Of a stretch of DNA of 64,000 nucleotides, positions 57,201 through 62,852 are shown piece after piece (position 1 is the stretch's first letter; each line of letters starts with the position of its first letter). The position numbers and the translations under genes were made by a program. The DNA is from Perna viridis (taxonomy: Eukaryota): contig CM074521.1 of assembly GCA_037379345.1 (NCBI GenBank), positions 27,118,704 through 27,182,703 on the forward strand. Direction: 5' to 3'. Under the pieces are notes generated by a model that ran no database searches, was not told the origin of the DNA, and was given only the letters and a program-made list of their open reading frames with translations.

Positions 57201-58535
57201 TAGAATATAACTTTGATGGACTTGACAGGATGTTGTCCAAAATGTGTAGTCAAACCAACAGGTAAACAATTATTGTAATCACCTCTACATAGTAGTGATT
57301 GAGGAGGGTTTGAAATCTTACCTCAACTCTCAGCTTGTTTAGAAATATTTAGGTCAAAAGATTCCTCAACATGAAAAATATAATGATGGAATATTTAATT
57401 ATTGTGGACACTTATTTTCACAATTAAGAATGTCAATCCAATTGCTGGCTATTTACTTTTCGGGACTAACACCTTCTCAATATTTATTCCATTATAAAGA
57501 GATTTACTTGCAGCTTATGATTTTATTTCTGAAAAAATTAGTGAAAATAAAGTGATCGAAATAAATTGGTTTACATAATGTATGAAAGATATAGAGTTGG
57601 CTTTTTTGGTGTAGCAATTTTTACATGACTGTCTTTTGGCAGATGTTTAATGGGACAGTGCTATCCAATTTCAGCCTTCCGTTATTTTATGGGACACTGC
57701 TATCCAATTTCAGCCATCTGTTGTTTTATGGGACACTGCTGTCCAATTTCAGCCATCTGTTGTTTTATGGGACACTGCTGTCCAATTTCAGCCTTCCTTA
57801 CTTTCAAAGATGACTTGAAAACAATTTGAGGGATTTTCATAATGGTTTGACACAATATTTGCCTTCACTGAAGTCAACTCCATATTGTTTTCATTGTCTT
57901 TATATTCGAGTTGGAAGGTATTGGATGTCAAAACTATATACCGTAAACCTCAAATTGAGATTTTTCTCAAATTCTTGTTTTTTTTTCCATATCAATTTCA
58001 AGTGATTTGATTGGTGAAAATTTTAGTTTAGGAAGGATTTGAGGAAAATCATAAATTGAGATTCTTTATGAAACTGAGTGCAGATACTTTAAGGATAAAA
58101 TAAAACTGAACTTTTAGGGCATTGATATTTTACATTTATAACTACACCAATAAATGGTACAATAAGATGAAAGTTAACTTCACTGTTTATATTACAGCAC
58201 CATCCCAAGTATGTTCAACATGCCAACCTAGACTCATGTTCAGAAATAGTACTCGCAGTGTTGGATTCTTTAAAGTAACAACTGCTACTGGACTGTTATG
58301 TCAAAATAAGGAACCAGTTGATGATCTTATGGAATGTTCTGGCTCATGTTCATCCACTTCACGTTACACAGCGGTCATGCAAGGATTTGACAATAACTGC
58401 AATTGTTGCCAGCCGCAATCTACAGAGACAAAGAGAATCAGTCTTTCTTGTGAAGATGGCACAGTGATAAACAAGACATATACCATGCCAAAGTCGTGTG
58501 GTTGTAGTGCATGTGGTGCTTCTCAAGGAAGATGA
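90..58535 (+). CDS. Giant multi-exon gel-forming mucin / hemocytin-like secreted protein, 5'-truncated (59 exons, about 5,420 aa in window): TIL, VWC-like, 18 CysD (WxxW), 7 FA58C, LDLa, PTS repeats, C-terminal cystine knot
   Basis: All 59 exons have AG/GT boundaries with compatible phases. Summed length is 16,271 nt (2 + 5,423 codons), ending at TGA 58533-58535. CysD, discoidin, TIL, LDLa and CTCK cysteine patterns are recognisable. Confidence 0.93.
631..805 (+). CDS. Mucin exon 2: TIL C-half plus VWC-like start ([15 protein letters not shown]...CIPEAFC...CEIC)
   Basis: tttcag|ga ... TG|gtaag; this frame is not shown in the ORF track. Confidence 0.88.
1753..3002 (+). CDS. Mucin exon 3: PTS region with 45-aa repeats plus CysD 1
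   Basis: Within ORF 1700-3193; tttgcag| ... G|gtaagt; GWTGWMS...[10 protein letters not shown]. Confidence 0.92.
1928..2310 (+). repeat. Coding tandem repeat, 135 bp / 45 aa, about 2.8 near-identical copies (degenerate copies to about 2670)
   Basis: ttt act ggt att gga tcc at 1928, 2063 and 2198. Confidence 0.9.
3395..4156 (+). CDS. Mucin exon 4: 17-aa PTS repeats plus CysD 2
   Basis: ttttcag|gt ... GAG|gtaagt; GWSKWMN...[10 protein letters not shown]. Confidence 0.92.
3487..3798 (+). repeat. Coding tandem repeat, 51 bp / 17 aa ([17 protein letters not shown]) x6
   Basis: Visible in DNA and protein. Confidence 0.9.
4288..5082 (+). CDS. Mucin exon 5: CysD 3, PTS linker, CysD 4
   Basis: ttgcag| ... 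T|gtaagt; WTQWMN and WTDWIN motifs. Confidence 0.92.
5302..5709 (+). CDS. Mucin exon 6: PTS plus CysD 5
   Basis: ttattag|gtaag ... A|gtgagt; GWTQEMN...[10 protein letters not shown]. Confidence 0.88.
5868..6062. mobile_element. Degenerate small MITE (tgtaaac ... gtttacagta)
   Basis: Short inverted termini; layout similar to the 10588 element. Confidence 0.45.
6145..6360 (+). CDS. Mucin exon 7: PTS linker ([10 protein letters not shown] repeats)
   Basis: ctag|ct ... T|gtaagt; open, Pro/Thr-rich, phase 1-1. Confidence 0.82.
6791..7158. repeat. Intronic minisatellite, 26-bp unit, about 14 copies
   Basis: cttgctgtctggagtgatctaattat repeated. Confidence 0.95.
7314..7446 (+). CDS. Mucin exon 8: FA58C 1 N-part ([10 protein letters not shown]...ASSS...[11 protein letters not shown])
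   Basis: ttacag| ... AG|gtaag; discoidin N-terminal motif. Confidence 0.9.
8164..8507 (+). CDS. Mucin exon 9: FA58C 1 C-part
   Basis: YIQIDLG...LQG...SLRFEVLSC; ttcag| ... A|gtatg. Confidence 0.92.
8949..9168 (+). CDS. Mucin exon 10: PTS linker plus FA58C 2 N-part
   Basis: tttttag| ... AG|gttagt; CYEPMGIE...[12 protein letters not shown]. Confidence 0.9.
9390..9713. mobile_element. Interspersed MITE-like repeat (tgtggcacat ... atgtgccaca)
   Basis: Inverted termini; homologous copy at 41013-41339. Confidence 0.65.
10056..10501 (+). CDS. Mucin exon 11: FA58C 2 C-part plus PTS
   Basis: ttcag| ... T|gtaagt; WIIVDM...TQG...GLRFNLLGC. Confidence 0.92.
10588..10761. mobile_element. Small MITE (TA|CTGTGAAAGT ... 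ACTTTCACAG|TA)
   Basis: 10-bp perfect TIR with TA flanks. Confidence 0.7.
10810..10950. repeat. Intronic minisatellite, about 31-33-bp unit, 4-5 copies
   Basis: gagagaaaatctcccacat repeated. Confidence 0.8.
11685..11829 (+). CDS. Mucin exon 12: FA58C 3 N-part (CVMKMGIE...GRLNP...AWIPS)
   Basis: ttacag| ... TC|gtaagt. Confidence 0.9.
12338..12786 (+). CDS. Mucin exon 13: FA58C 3 C-part plus PTS
   Basis: tttacag| ... G|gtaag; YIQVNF...AIRFNLLGC. Confidence 0.92.
13714..13843 (+). CDS. Mucin exon 14: FA58C 4 N-part (CLLTMGVE...QITASS...[11 protein letters not shown])
   Basis: ttacag| ... AA|gtaagt. Confidence 0.9.
14211..14719 (+). CDS. Mucin exon 15: FA58C 4 C-part plus PTS
   Basis: ttcacag| ... 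T|gttagt; WIQIDF...ALRWNVIGC. Confidence 0.92.
14960..15115. repeat. Intronic minisatellite, 29-bp unit, about 5 copies
   Basis: acagtggagtcactgtgttcacaccttca-like units. Confidence 0.8.
15168..15300. mobile_element. Small MITE-like inverted repeat (cagtttcataaaaatc ... gatttttatggaactg)
   Basis: Inverted termini; related sequence at about 57950-58080. Confidence 0.45.
15395..15545 (+). CDS. Mucin exon 16: FA58C 5 N-part
   Basis: ttgcag| ... AG|gtaat; CEIPMG...QLTASS...GGWIP. Confidence 0.9.
15775..16105. mobile_element. Palindromic foldback-type non-autonomous element
   Basis: Imperfect palindrome centred on gcgaag (atattgga...tccaatat; ttttcca...tggaaaa), tattggac subrepeats, ttgactaac...gttagtcaa inverted pair. 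Confidence 0.55.
16438..16692 (+). CDS. Mucin exon 17: FA58C 5 middle part
   Basis: ctacag| ... AG|gtatg; QWIQVDL...VTQG. Confidence 0.9.
16975..17858 (+). mobile_element. Helentron/HINE (pearl/DINE-like) non-autonomous element with about 160-bp internal tandem repeats
   Basis: T-run, then atgcctgtc, a (gtcc)n microsatellite and three roughly 160-bp units (17041, 17201, about 17360); 3' sub-TIR-like acagccgtat and short hairpin. Confidence 0.6.
18187..18361. mobile_element. Small MITE with ggctgttcca/tggaacagcc TIR
   Basis: 10-bp inverted termini. Confidence 0.5.
18637..19061 (+). CDS. Mucin exon 18: FA58C 5 end plus CysD 6
   Basis: taacag| ... AG|gtata; [25 protein letters not shown]. Confidence 0.92.
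19284..19510. mobile_element. Interspersed SINE-like repeat family S, copy 1
   Basis: About 220 bp; near-identical to 23728-23930 and the reverse complement of 26168-26362. Confidence 0.8.
19647..20000 (+). CDS. Mucin exon 19: PTS plus CysD 7
   Basis: ttttag| ... A|gtaag; WSPWVD. Confidence 0.9.
20826..20876 (+). CDS. Mucin exon 20: short PTS exon ([16 protein letters not shown])
   Basis: ttttgcag| ... CAG|gtaag; 51 nt, phase 1-1. Confidence 0.8.
20850..21225 (+). repeat. 38-bp tandem repeat derived from the exon 20 / intron junction
   Basis: accatcacctactcacaaggtcacag[g/a]taaggtcagat units. Confidence 0.85.
21484..21855 (+). CDS. Mucin exon 21: PTS plus CysD 8
   Basis: ttcag| ... CAG|gtaat; WGPWIN. 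Confidence 0.9.
22406..22753 (+). CDS. Mucin exon 22: PTS plus CysD 9
   Basis: ttccag| ... T|gtaaat; WSDWLS. Confidence 0.88.
22880..23070 (+). mobile_element. Degenerate HINE-like fragment
   Basis: ggtatataggaatca...(ctgt/ccgt)n...gattttgatgaaattt; related fragments near 25940, 41625, 51040 and 54250. Confidence 0.45.
23499..23546 (+). CDS. Mucin exon 23: short linker ([16 protein letters not shown])
   Basis: tttttcag| ... CAG|gtagt; supplies the last Cys of CysD 9. Confidence 0.75.
23728..23930. mobile_element. Repeat family S, copy 2
   Basis: caagggaaccaagg...gaccaggtgcaccggta. Confidence 0.8.
25011..25055 (+). CDS. Mucin exon 24: short PTS exon ([15 protein letters not shown])
   Basis: Poly-T then ag| ... 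T|gtaagt; 45 nt. Confidence 0.75.
25569..25798 (+). CDS. Mucin exon 25: TIL domain ([18 protein letters not shown]...CVQQSMCPC)
   Basis: ttcacag| ... CAG|gtatg; TIL Cys pattern. Confidence 0.88.
26168..26362. mobile_element. Repeat family S, copy 3 (opposite orientation)
   Basis: tactggtgcacctggtcc...ccttggttcccttgattac. Confidence 0.8.
27111..27228 (+). CDS. Mucin exon 26: VWC-like ([24 protein letters not shown])
   Basis: atttcag| ... C|gtaag; W...CxxCxC motif. Confidence 0.88.
27785..28066 (+). CDS. Mucin exon 27: CysD 10 (CNWTYWIN...[10 protein letters not shown])
   Basis: gtttag| ... T|gtaagt; absent from the ORF track (no start codon). Confidence 0.92.
28580..30646 (+). CDS. Mucin exon 28: CysD 11, CysD 12 and 33x12-aa PTS tandem repeat
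   Basis: ttttag| ... G|gtaaa; overlaps ORF 28699-30708. Confidence 0.93.
29440..30627 (+). repeat. Coding VNTR: 33 units of 36 bp in two variants ([12 protein letters not shown] / [12 protein letters not shown])
   Basis: Directly counted: 21 A-type and 12 B-type units. Confidence 0.95.
30929..31251 (+). CDS. Mucin exon 29: FA58C 6 N-part
   Basis: ttaaag| ... AAG|gtttg; GGWVAG...ITTKG. Confidence 0.9.
31788..31926 (+). CDS. Mucin exon 30: FA58C 6 C-part
   Basis: tttcag| ... G|gtaag; ALRWQLYGC. Confidence 0.9.
33384..34031 (+). CDS. Mucin exon 31: 12-aa PTS repeats plus CysD 13
   Basis: ttaaag| ... G|gtaag; WSDWIN. Confidence 0.88.
33439..33705 (+). repeat. Coding tandem repeat, 36 bp / 12 aa ([12 protein letters not shown]-like), about 7 copies
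   Basis: Visible in ORF 33338-34072. Confidence 0.85.
34059..34982. mobile_element. Non-autonomous Tc1/mariner (pogo/Tigger-like) DNA transposon
   Basis: TA|CAGTCGAACC ... GGTTTGACTG|TA termini; internal ctcggataactcgaac repeats near both ends; no transposase ORF. Confidence 0.8.
35579..35986 (+). CDS. Mucin exon 32: PTS plus CysD 14
   Basis: ttcag| ... G|gtaagt; WSTWIN. Confidence 0.92.
36217..36297 (+). CDS. Mucin exon 33: short PTS exon
   Basis: ttgtag| ... CAG|gtaaa; 81 nt. Confidence 0.8.
36833..37137 (+). CDS. Mucin exon 34: FA58C 7 N-part
   Basis: ttacag| ... AAG|gtaaa; CKTALGMEN...ARLNGPTAW...TTQGR. Confidence 0.93.
37469..37619 (+). CDS. Mucin exon 35: FA58C 7 C-part (QFNGNFD...[10 protein letters not shown]...AMRFEIQGC)
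   Basis: tttcag| ... A|gtaagt. Confidence 0.92.
37966..38070 (+). CDS. Mucin exon 36: PTS linker
   Basis: aacag| ... A|gtaagt; Pro/Thr-rich, 105 nt. Confidence 0.8.
38270..38770. mobile_element. Element with hairpins at both ends
   Basis: cgataattttc...gaaattatcg and agattatttaata...tattaaataatct palindromes. Confidence 0.45.
39186..39476 (+). CDS. Mucin exon 37: CysD 15
   Basis: ttacag| ... A|gtaagt; WDQWVN. Confidence 0.92.
40146..40354 (+). CDS. Mucin exon 38: PTS plus partial TIL-like Cys module
   Basis: Poly-T then gcag| ... ATG|gtagg; [20 protein letters not shown]. Confidence 0.87.
40400..40510 (-). mobile_element. tRNA-derived SINE fragment
   Basis: The minus strand has a B-box-like GTTCAAGTCCC followed by ggcacgacaaaaa; no complete cloverleaf. 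Confidence 0.45.
40735..40830 (+). CDS. Mucin exon 39: VWC-like ([21 protein letters not shown])
   Basis: ttgtag| ... AAG|gtcagt. Confidence 0.87.
41013..41339. mobile_element. Second copy of the 9390-9713 repeat
   Basis: Colinear similarity (aaaagctattt...taaagcatctgt...ttcatgtgccaca). Confidence 0.65.
41930..42080 (+). CDS. Mucin exon 40: LDL-receptor class A domain ([34 protein letters not shown])
   Basis: tttttag| ... C|gtaagt; LDLa consensus. Confidence 0.9.
42108..42238. mobile_element. MITE family K copy, one end missing
   Basis: Ends aagagttgtgtcccttaccctaggtctacctcc|TTAA. Confidence 0.7.
42921..43001 (+). CDS. Mucin exon 41: short PTS exon
   Basis: tttgcag| ... C|gtaagt; 81 nt. 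Confidence 0.82.
42975..43272 (+). repeat. 38-bp tandem repeat derived from the exon 41 / intron junction, 8 copies
   Basis: cacctacaacattacctccaagctgtc|gtaagtctaac units. Confidence 0.9.
44494..44778 (+). CDS. Mucin exon 42: CysD 16 ([10 protein letters not shown]...)
   Basis: ttgtag| ... G|gtatgt; 285 nt. Confidence 0.92.
45569..45667 (+). CDS. Mucin exon 43: PTS linker
   Basis: ttatag| ... A|gtaagt; 99 nt. Confidence 0.78.
46844..46858 (+). CDS. Mucin exon 44: putative 15-nt microexon (THNPT)
   Basis: ttttaatttcag|CCCATAATCCTACAC|gtaagt; phase 1-1. Confidence 0.6.
47158..47261. mobile_element. MITE family K copy, internally deleted, with TTAA flanks
   Basis: TTAA|GGAGGTAGACC ... GTCTATGTCC|TTAA. 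Confidence 0.75.
47342..47626 (+). CDS. Mucin exon 45: CysD 17 ([10 protein letters not shown]...)
   Basis: atatag| ... G|gtaag; 285 nt. Confidence 0.92.
48309..48380 (+). CDS. Mucin exon 46: Thr-rich linker
   Basis: ttgtag| ... CAG|gtgag; 72 nt. Confidence 0.78.
48449..48585. repeat. Purine-rich intronic minisatellite, about 27-30 bp, about 5 copies
   Basis: gatgtttgggatggggagagggagcttca-like units. Confidence 0.8.
49275..49403 (+). CDS. Mucin exon 47: PTS linker
   Basis: attcag| ... A|gtaagt; 129 nt. Confidence 0.82.
49475..50585. mobile_element. Non-autonomous Tc1/mariner (pogo/Tigger-like) DNA transposon
   Basis: TA|cagtcgactccacttaatcgcata ... tatgcaattaagtggaatccactg|TA; 24-bp TIR, 21/24 match. 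Confidence 0.85.
50739..51023 (+). CDS. Mucin exon 48: CysD 18 ([10 protein letters not shown]...)
   Basis: tcaacag| ... G|gtatgt; 285 nt. Confidence 0.92.
51400..51462 (+). CDS. Mucin exon 49: short PTS exon
   Basis: ttttacag| ... AG|gtatgt; 63 nt. Confidence 0.8.
52229..52291 (+). CDS. Mucin exon 50: short PTS exon
   Basis: tttttag| ... CAG|gtaat; 63 nt. Confidence 0.8.
52450..52600. repeat. Intronic minisatellite, 37 bp x4
   Basis: tctatatcaatgttgcctagattaaggataaataatc. Confidence 0.9.
52745..52957 (+). CDS. Mucin exon 51: Cys-rich C-terminal module ([11 protein letters not shown]...GECCPQYKC)
   Basis: ttttag| ... G|gtaagt. Confidence 0.9.
53265..53311 (+). CDS. Mucin exon 52: [16 protein letters not shown]
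   Basis: Poly-T then cag| ... CCT|gtaagt. Confidence 0.8.
53567..53621 (+). CDS. Mucin exon 53: [18 protein letters not shown]
   Basis: tttcag| ... G|gtaagt. Confidence 0.8.
54121..54212 (+). CDS. Mucin exon 54: linker plus VWC-like start (QVCKYNKNG)
   Basis: tttcag| ... CAG|gtacgt. Confidence 0.8.
54718..54828 (+). CDS. Mucin exon 55: VWC ([15 protein letters not shown]...CPSC)
   Basis: atatag| ... TTG|gtagg. Confidence 0.88.
54971..55180. mobile_element. MITE family K copy (reverse orientation)
   Basis: Reverse-complement match to 62644-62852. Confidence 0.75.
55646..55729 (+). CDS. Mucin exon 56: VWC end ([13 protein letters not shown])
   Basis: tttttag| ... AAG|gtttg. Confidence 0.87.
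56240..56374 (+). CDS. Mucin exon 57: divergent VWC-like module
   Basis: ttatag| ... GGC|gtaagt; open frame with KCYSRSC...CP. Confidence 0.8.
57204..57261 (+). CDS. Mucin exon 58: DLTGCCPKC
   Basis: ttatag| ... CAG|gtaaa. Confidence 0.82.
57646..57797. repeat. Intronic minisatellite, 39 bp x4
   Basis: ttttatgggacactgctgtccaatttcagccatctgttg. Confidence 0.9.
58198..58535 (+). CDS. Mucin terminal exon 59: C-terminal cystine knot (CTCK)
   Basis: ECSGSC...CNCCQP...SCEDG...SCGCSAC, stop TGA. Confidence 0.93.
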
Positions 58536-58649
58536 ACTGAAATAATGGCGGACTTTACTGGATAACTACTCTTGCTCTCGTTTAACGGACTTTGTTATAT
58601 TTATTTATTTGTTTATATAGAGATTGTAAATCTTAATGTTTTAGCAATT

Positions 58650-58655
58650 AATAAA
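58650..58655 (+). terminator. Putative polyadenylation signal of the mucin gene
   Basis: AATAAA about 115 nt after the stop, followed by a T-rich tract. Confidence 0.6.
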
Positions 58656-60127
58656 CTCTGCATCCCAAATAGTTTTTCTCATTATTCCTTTTTAATCAAA
58701 TTTGTGGATTTACAGAATCCCCTGTCTGTTTGTCTAAATATTTTGTAAACACAACTTCTTAACTCTTAACTGTTTTTTTTTCTTCTTTCAATGAAATATG
58801 TAGTATTTCATGCATTAATGTTGGTAGCTGAGGATAATTCCACTAAAGTATGGACAGAAAAGTTTAAATTTTCAGGCATTTCACAGGCAATAAGCATTTT
58901 CAAGCACTTAAATTGACCAGAACATTAAAAAAATACATTGTATAAAGAGTTTAGAATAATCATATACTATTATCTTGTGACACTTATACAACACACACTT
59001 TTGTCTTAAGTTACCTTGATATTTTGGGGTAATATGATATCTAACTAACTCTACCTTTTTACCAGACACAGGAGAGAAAATTAGGGACAAAGATGGTAAA
59101 ATCAAGGGACACAAGCAAGAACATTTATAGACTAAGTCTTATAAAAAATTGTCAATGATTCAGTGGTTAGGTCATGAAAACAAAAACCATGGTTTAGCAA
59201 TCAATAATAATAATACCCTGAAAATTATGAGTCAATAGGGAGAAATATTGTGGGAATAAGGTATGAAAAACTAGATGACAAATATGACACATAGGAGATG
59301 AAAAATAGGGACTACCAGTCACACAATATCAATTGTGTGAAAACAGACACTTTGGATAACATCAGAAAATAAGAAAATGATCAGTATTTCACTAAAAAAT
59401 CATTGTGTGGCTTTAAACAGGCTTATACTTAAAAAAGTACTAAGAATTCAACAGCATTGTCAAGAATAAAAACCAAACCTGTTCATATTAAAAAGGATTC
59501 CAAAACCATCAAATCTGAAGAGCTCTTTCTCCTGTGATTATAGTGTTAGTTGCAGAAGGGTTAGTTTTCTTTCTCTCTCTCCTGAAAGCAGGTTATTTCC
59601 CAAATTAATAATGTAAGACATTTTTTTTCCCTGACGAGAAAAACAAAAAGAGCAGAATAAGCAAGCCACTAAAATAGAATAAAATATAGTGAGCCAACTC
59701 AATAAATTTTCGATCAATTTTTATGCATATATTTAAGTAATCCAGAAATAACGAAAAAAAATGACAGCTGCACAATGAGAGCTTGTCCTCACTTGGAACA
59801 ATCATAATAAAATGTTGAAAGTTCGAAGCATTTTAACTATGAAACACCACATATGAACCTCCTCCCCCTTTTAAAAAGAAAAGTATAATAATACGGATAT
59901 CCACTAAAAGATATGGGAACGTTGACATCATCATAACTAACAATATTTAAAAGTTTGAAGCAGTAAAAATGGAGCGTTCTCAAGATGTGATGCAACATAT
60001 AAAAATTATACATTCATTCAAAACTTTATGATATGCAAAACTTGTTCGGGTATAATTAAAAAAAAATCTAAATTTCATGCAATTGTTTTTTCCTTATGAA
60101 TCCGCACATGATAATCAAAGGCAGTTG

Positions 60128-60323
60128 GACCAGGATTTTTTTACCACAAAAATTATCATTAAATCATTTTGTTTCCATATTTGAGTTATTATGTTTGTTT
60201 AAACTGGGCATAGTATAAACAACATTAAATAGCAAGCAGACATGTCTGAGAACAAACACAATAACTCAAATATGCAAACAAAATGATTTAATGGTATTTT
60301 TGTGATAAAAACAAATCCTGGTC
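60128..60323. repeat. Long inverted repeat (about 72-bp arms, about 50-bp spacer), probably a MITE
   Basis: gaccaggattt...atgtttgtt pairs with aacaaacac...aaatcctggtc. Confidence 0.8.
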
Positions 60324-60564
60324 AAAGGGCCTGTAATGATAACATCAAATTAATTTATTTTCCGATGATGCATAACTCCTTCTCCTATGTAAAGAAATAA
60401 ACGACCGTTTGGTTTTAAATGATATAATATTGTATCTGTTTTGAGAATTGTTAATGCTTTCAGTGTCTTCATTCAGTCAAATTTGAAAATGATAAAAAAT
60501 ATAATATATCTATAGAAAGCGTGTATATATATATGTGTGTGTGACATTCAGCATGACGAATTTG

Positions 60565-60716
60565 ATCACCCAATGACTGATGTAGACCAGGAAACTCTAT
60601 TTTAGCTACAGGTTATATTTGTACATTCCTATCAAATTCGAATCAGACCAGCTGATAATATTTACATATTATTGATGAACACGTGTTGCCGTGAACATTT
60701 TGTTTACATATGCAGA
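60565..60716 (+). promoter_or_regulatory. Possible promoter-proximal region of the SH3BP5-like gene
   Basis: CCAAT (60570), CACGTG (60680) and TGTTTAC (60701) just upstream of the ATG; motif presence only. Confidence 0.25.
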
Positions 60717-60791
60717 ATGTCAATATCTGAACCCGTCACCGGGGCTTGTGAACCAGATGCCGATATTTTGGATCTAGAACCAGAAATTAAG
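60717..60791 (+). CDS. SH3BP5: SH3BP5-family gene, first coding exon (MSISEPVTGACEPDADILDLEPEIK)
   Basis: ATG ... AAG|gtagg; DLEPEIK corresponds to the family 'DPRIQ' position; start codon inferred. Confidence 0.7.
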
Positions 60792-61619
60792 GTAGGAAAT
60801 TTTGGATCGGAGGAAATATCATGTAATAAGCATAGAAATTCCGCTTTTAATGAATTTTATCGTTTTAATTTAACCTACAAGTTGTAAAATCAATAAAATC
60901 AAGTGAAACTGTAACAGTTTGTACTTTATATAATAGAAATATAACACATGACTAGTTTTCTCATTATTATTTGCAAAGTTCCACATGTGTTACATTATTG
61001 ATAAGACGTGAAAATTTGTTACTCGTGTTCGATCTTTGTTTTTACATGAAATAAATTTCAATGTCTGATAACAAAGATCAAACTATTTATTTATTGATAA
61101 AACAATACATAAGGAAGTTTTTTTGGTATACTTAAATCTGAAAAAATTTTCCATTTATTCAACCGAATGATACGCCCCCTTTTGAAACCAATTTAGTTGA
61201 CTTCCGGTTGTACACCGTTCAATTGATAGTCATCTCGATAATTTGATATATATGTACATGTAATCTTCTTGTTAGCCTGGTACTTTTAACATTAAGAACT
61301 GTCAGTGTAAGATTTAAATTTTCTTCTTAAAAGGAACGAGGCATTGGAAACAAAATGCTACCTACTACATGTATTTAAATGGTAAAAACTAAGAGGCCCT
61401 GACAAAGGAGGACCATATTTGCCCCCCCCCCTATTTTACGGAAAAAAGTTTTGAAGTGAATGACATAAATGTAATATGCATTGTTAAGTTGATAGTTAAT
61501 TTTTTAGATGGTTTTAAATTTTCACCATTTCACCAGTTTTCAGTTTTCTGATAGCAAAAATGTGCTAAAACAATGAAATTGGGAAAAGTGACGATTTTGT
61601 ATGTATCAAACCGGAATTG

Positions 61620-62060
61620 ACCAACTTCTACAACTTTTAAACTTTAAATCTCCGTATATTGAGTATAGCATAGTAAGAACTTCCTGGAAAAGCAATGGAC
61701 GACATTTGTTTCATTTTAAGCACGCGAAGGTCGGCGTAAGTGAACCTAGAGACAAAACAAACTATACAGGGAATATATACAAAGAAACAGAACAGGAATT
61801 TAGAAAACGTAAAAGTTAGGCTGAAAATAAATGGAACAAGGAAAAATGTGAGGATTTTCGACAAACAGCGGAAGAAGAGAGAATTCTATAGAACAGTTCG
61901 AAAAAAAGAAAAAAAAATAGCCGTTCTAAGTGCAATAAACTTATTTTTGTTGGACATAAAAGTTTGACTCCTGGTGAAGTTTGTAATTTATTGAGACAAT
62001 ACTTCAGCCAGTTGTATACGGAACAAGCAAGTGAATATAGTGATGCAAAACACTTGTCAA
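61620..62060 (+). pseudogene. Possible decayed non-LTR retrotransposon (LINE ORF2) fragment in an SH3BP5 intron
   Basis: Broken frames read EPRDK..IYKETEQEFRKRK and TPGEVCNLLRQYFSQLYTE, resembling the EN-RT linker of LINE ORF2. Confidence 0.35.
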
Positions 62061-62510
62061 GTACTGCTAAGACCTAACAGCTAATGCGACAGACTATTCT
62101 CTCTTGTCAGCCAATCGTTTTTTTTAATAATCTTTTCAAGGAGCGGATCCTGAGATTTAGAAAAAGGGTGTGAAGACTAATATTTGCTCGTTCTTACTCG
62201 AAATCAATAAAAATTTTCCATTCCCGGAACAACCCTCTCCTTTTGACCGTGATCAGTAATGATAAGTCTAGATATCGTACCTTCTTATTAAAATTTTCAA
62301 AATGACATAAGAAACCTAAAACTCTGTTCTAAGGGCTCGACATGTTGATAGGGCAAGCAGAGTTGAGATAAAAACAATTTGTAAGAAACATGTCTGTCAC
62401 GTTGAATTAGGACAACTGGACTTAAGACAGCAGATTTTAAAACCGATGTCAGTTTGTTTAATTTTACAGCAACACTTTTTTTTTAAGTTAATATTTTATA
62501 TCTTTTTCAG

Positions 62511-62573
62511 GATGAATTAGACCACCTGAACCAGTGTAGTTCTGAAATCAACAGGCTGGAAAATGAACTTGAT
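62511..62573 (+). CDS. SH3BP5: SH3BP5-family exon (DELDHLNQCSSEINRLENELD)
   Basis: tttttcag| ... GAT|gtaagt; matches the SH3BP5 ELEKLNQSTDDINRRETELE segment. Confidence 0.87.
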
Positions 62574-62643
62574 GTAAGTTATATATAAGGTGCGCACTGG
62601 TTTCAACCCCCCCCTTGAGTTTAATTTTTTTAAATTAATTTTA

Positions 62644-62852
62644 GGAGGTAGACCTAGGGTAAGGGACACAACTCTTACAAATCATTGGAACGTTTGTATT
62701 AGCATTTTACATCAATCTCATGTTAACATCAAAGTAACTTGGACTGATTTCATTCTGTTCAAATGAAAGCTTGATAGGCTTTGGTGAAATTAAATGTGGT
62801 ACAAACATATCACTGATTTCAAGAGTTATGCCCCTTATCCTAGGTCTTCCTC
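62644..62852. mobile_element. MITE family K (about 210 bp, about 30-bp TIR ggaggtagacctagggtaagggacacaactctt), Kolobok-like
   Basis: TIRs visible; four copies in the window. Confidence 0.75.

Noticed and set aside
57625-57813. 62-aa ORF with [13 protein letters not shown] repeats
   Set aside because: A 39-bp minisatellite whose period happens to be a multiple of three
90-58535. Naming the gene MUC5AC, MUC2, SSPO or hemocytin
   Set aside because: It shares modules with each but matches none. There are no TSP1 repeats as in SCO-spondin, FA58C is absent from vertebrate MUC2/5, and the N-terminus is outside the window.
61601-61967. ORFs in the SH3BP5 intron as an independent gene
   Set aside because: Frames are broken and lack splice support; a decayed retroelement fits better
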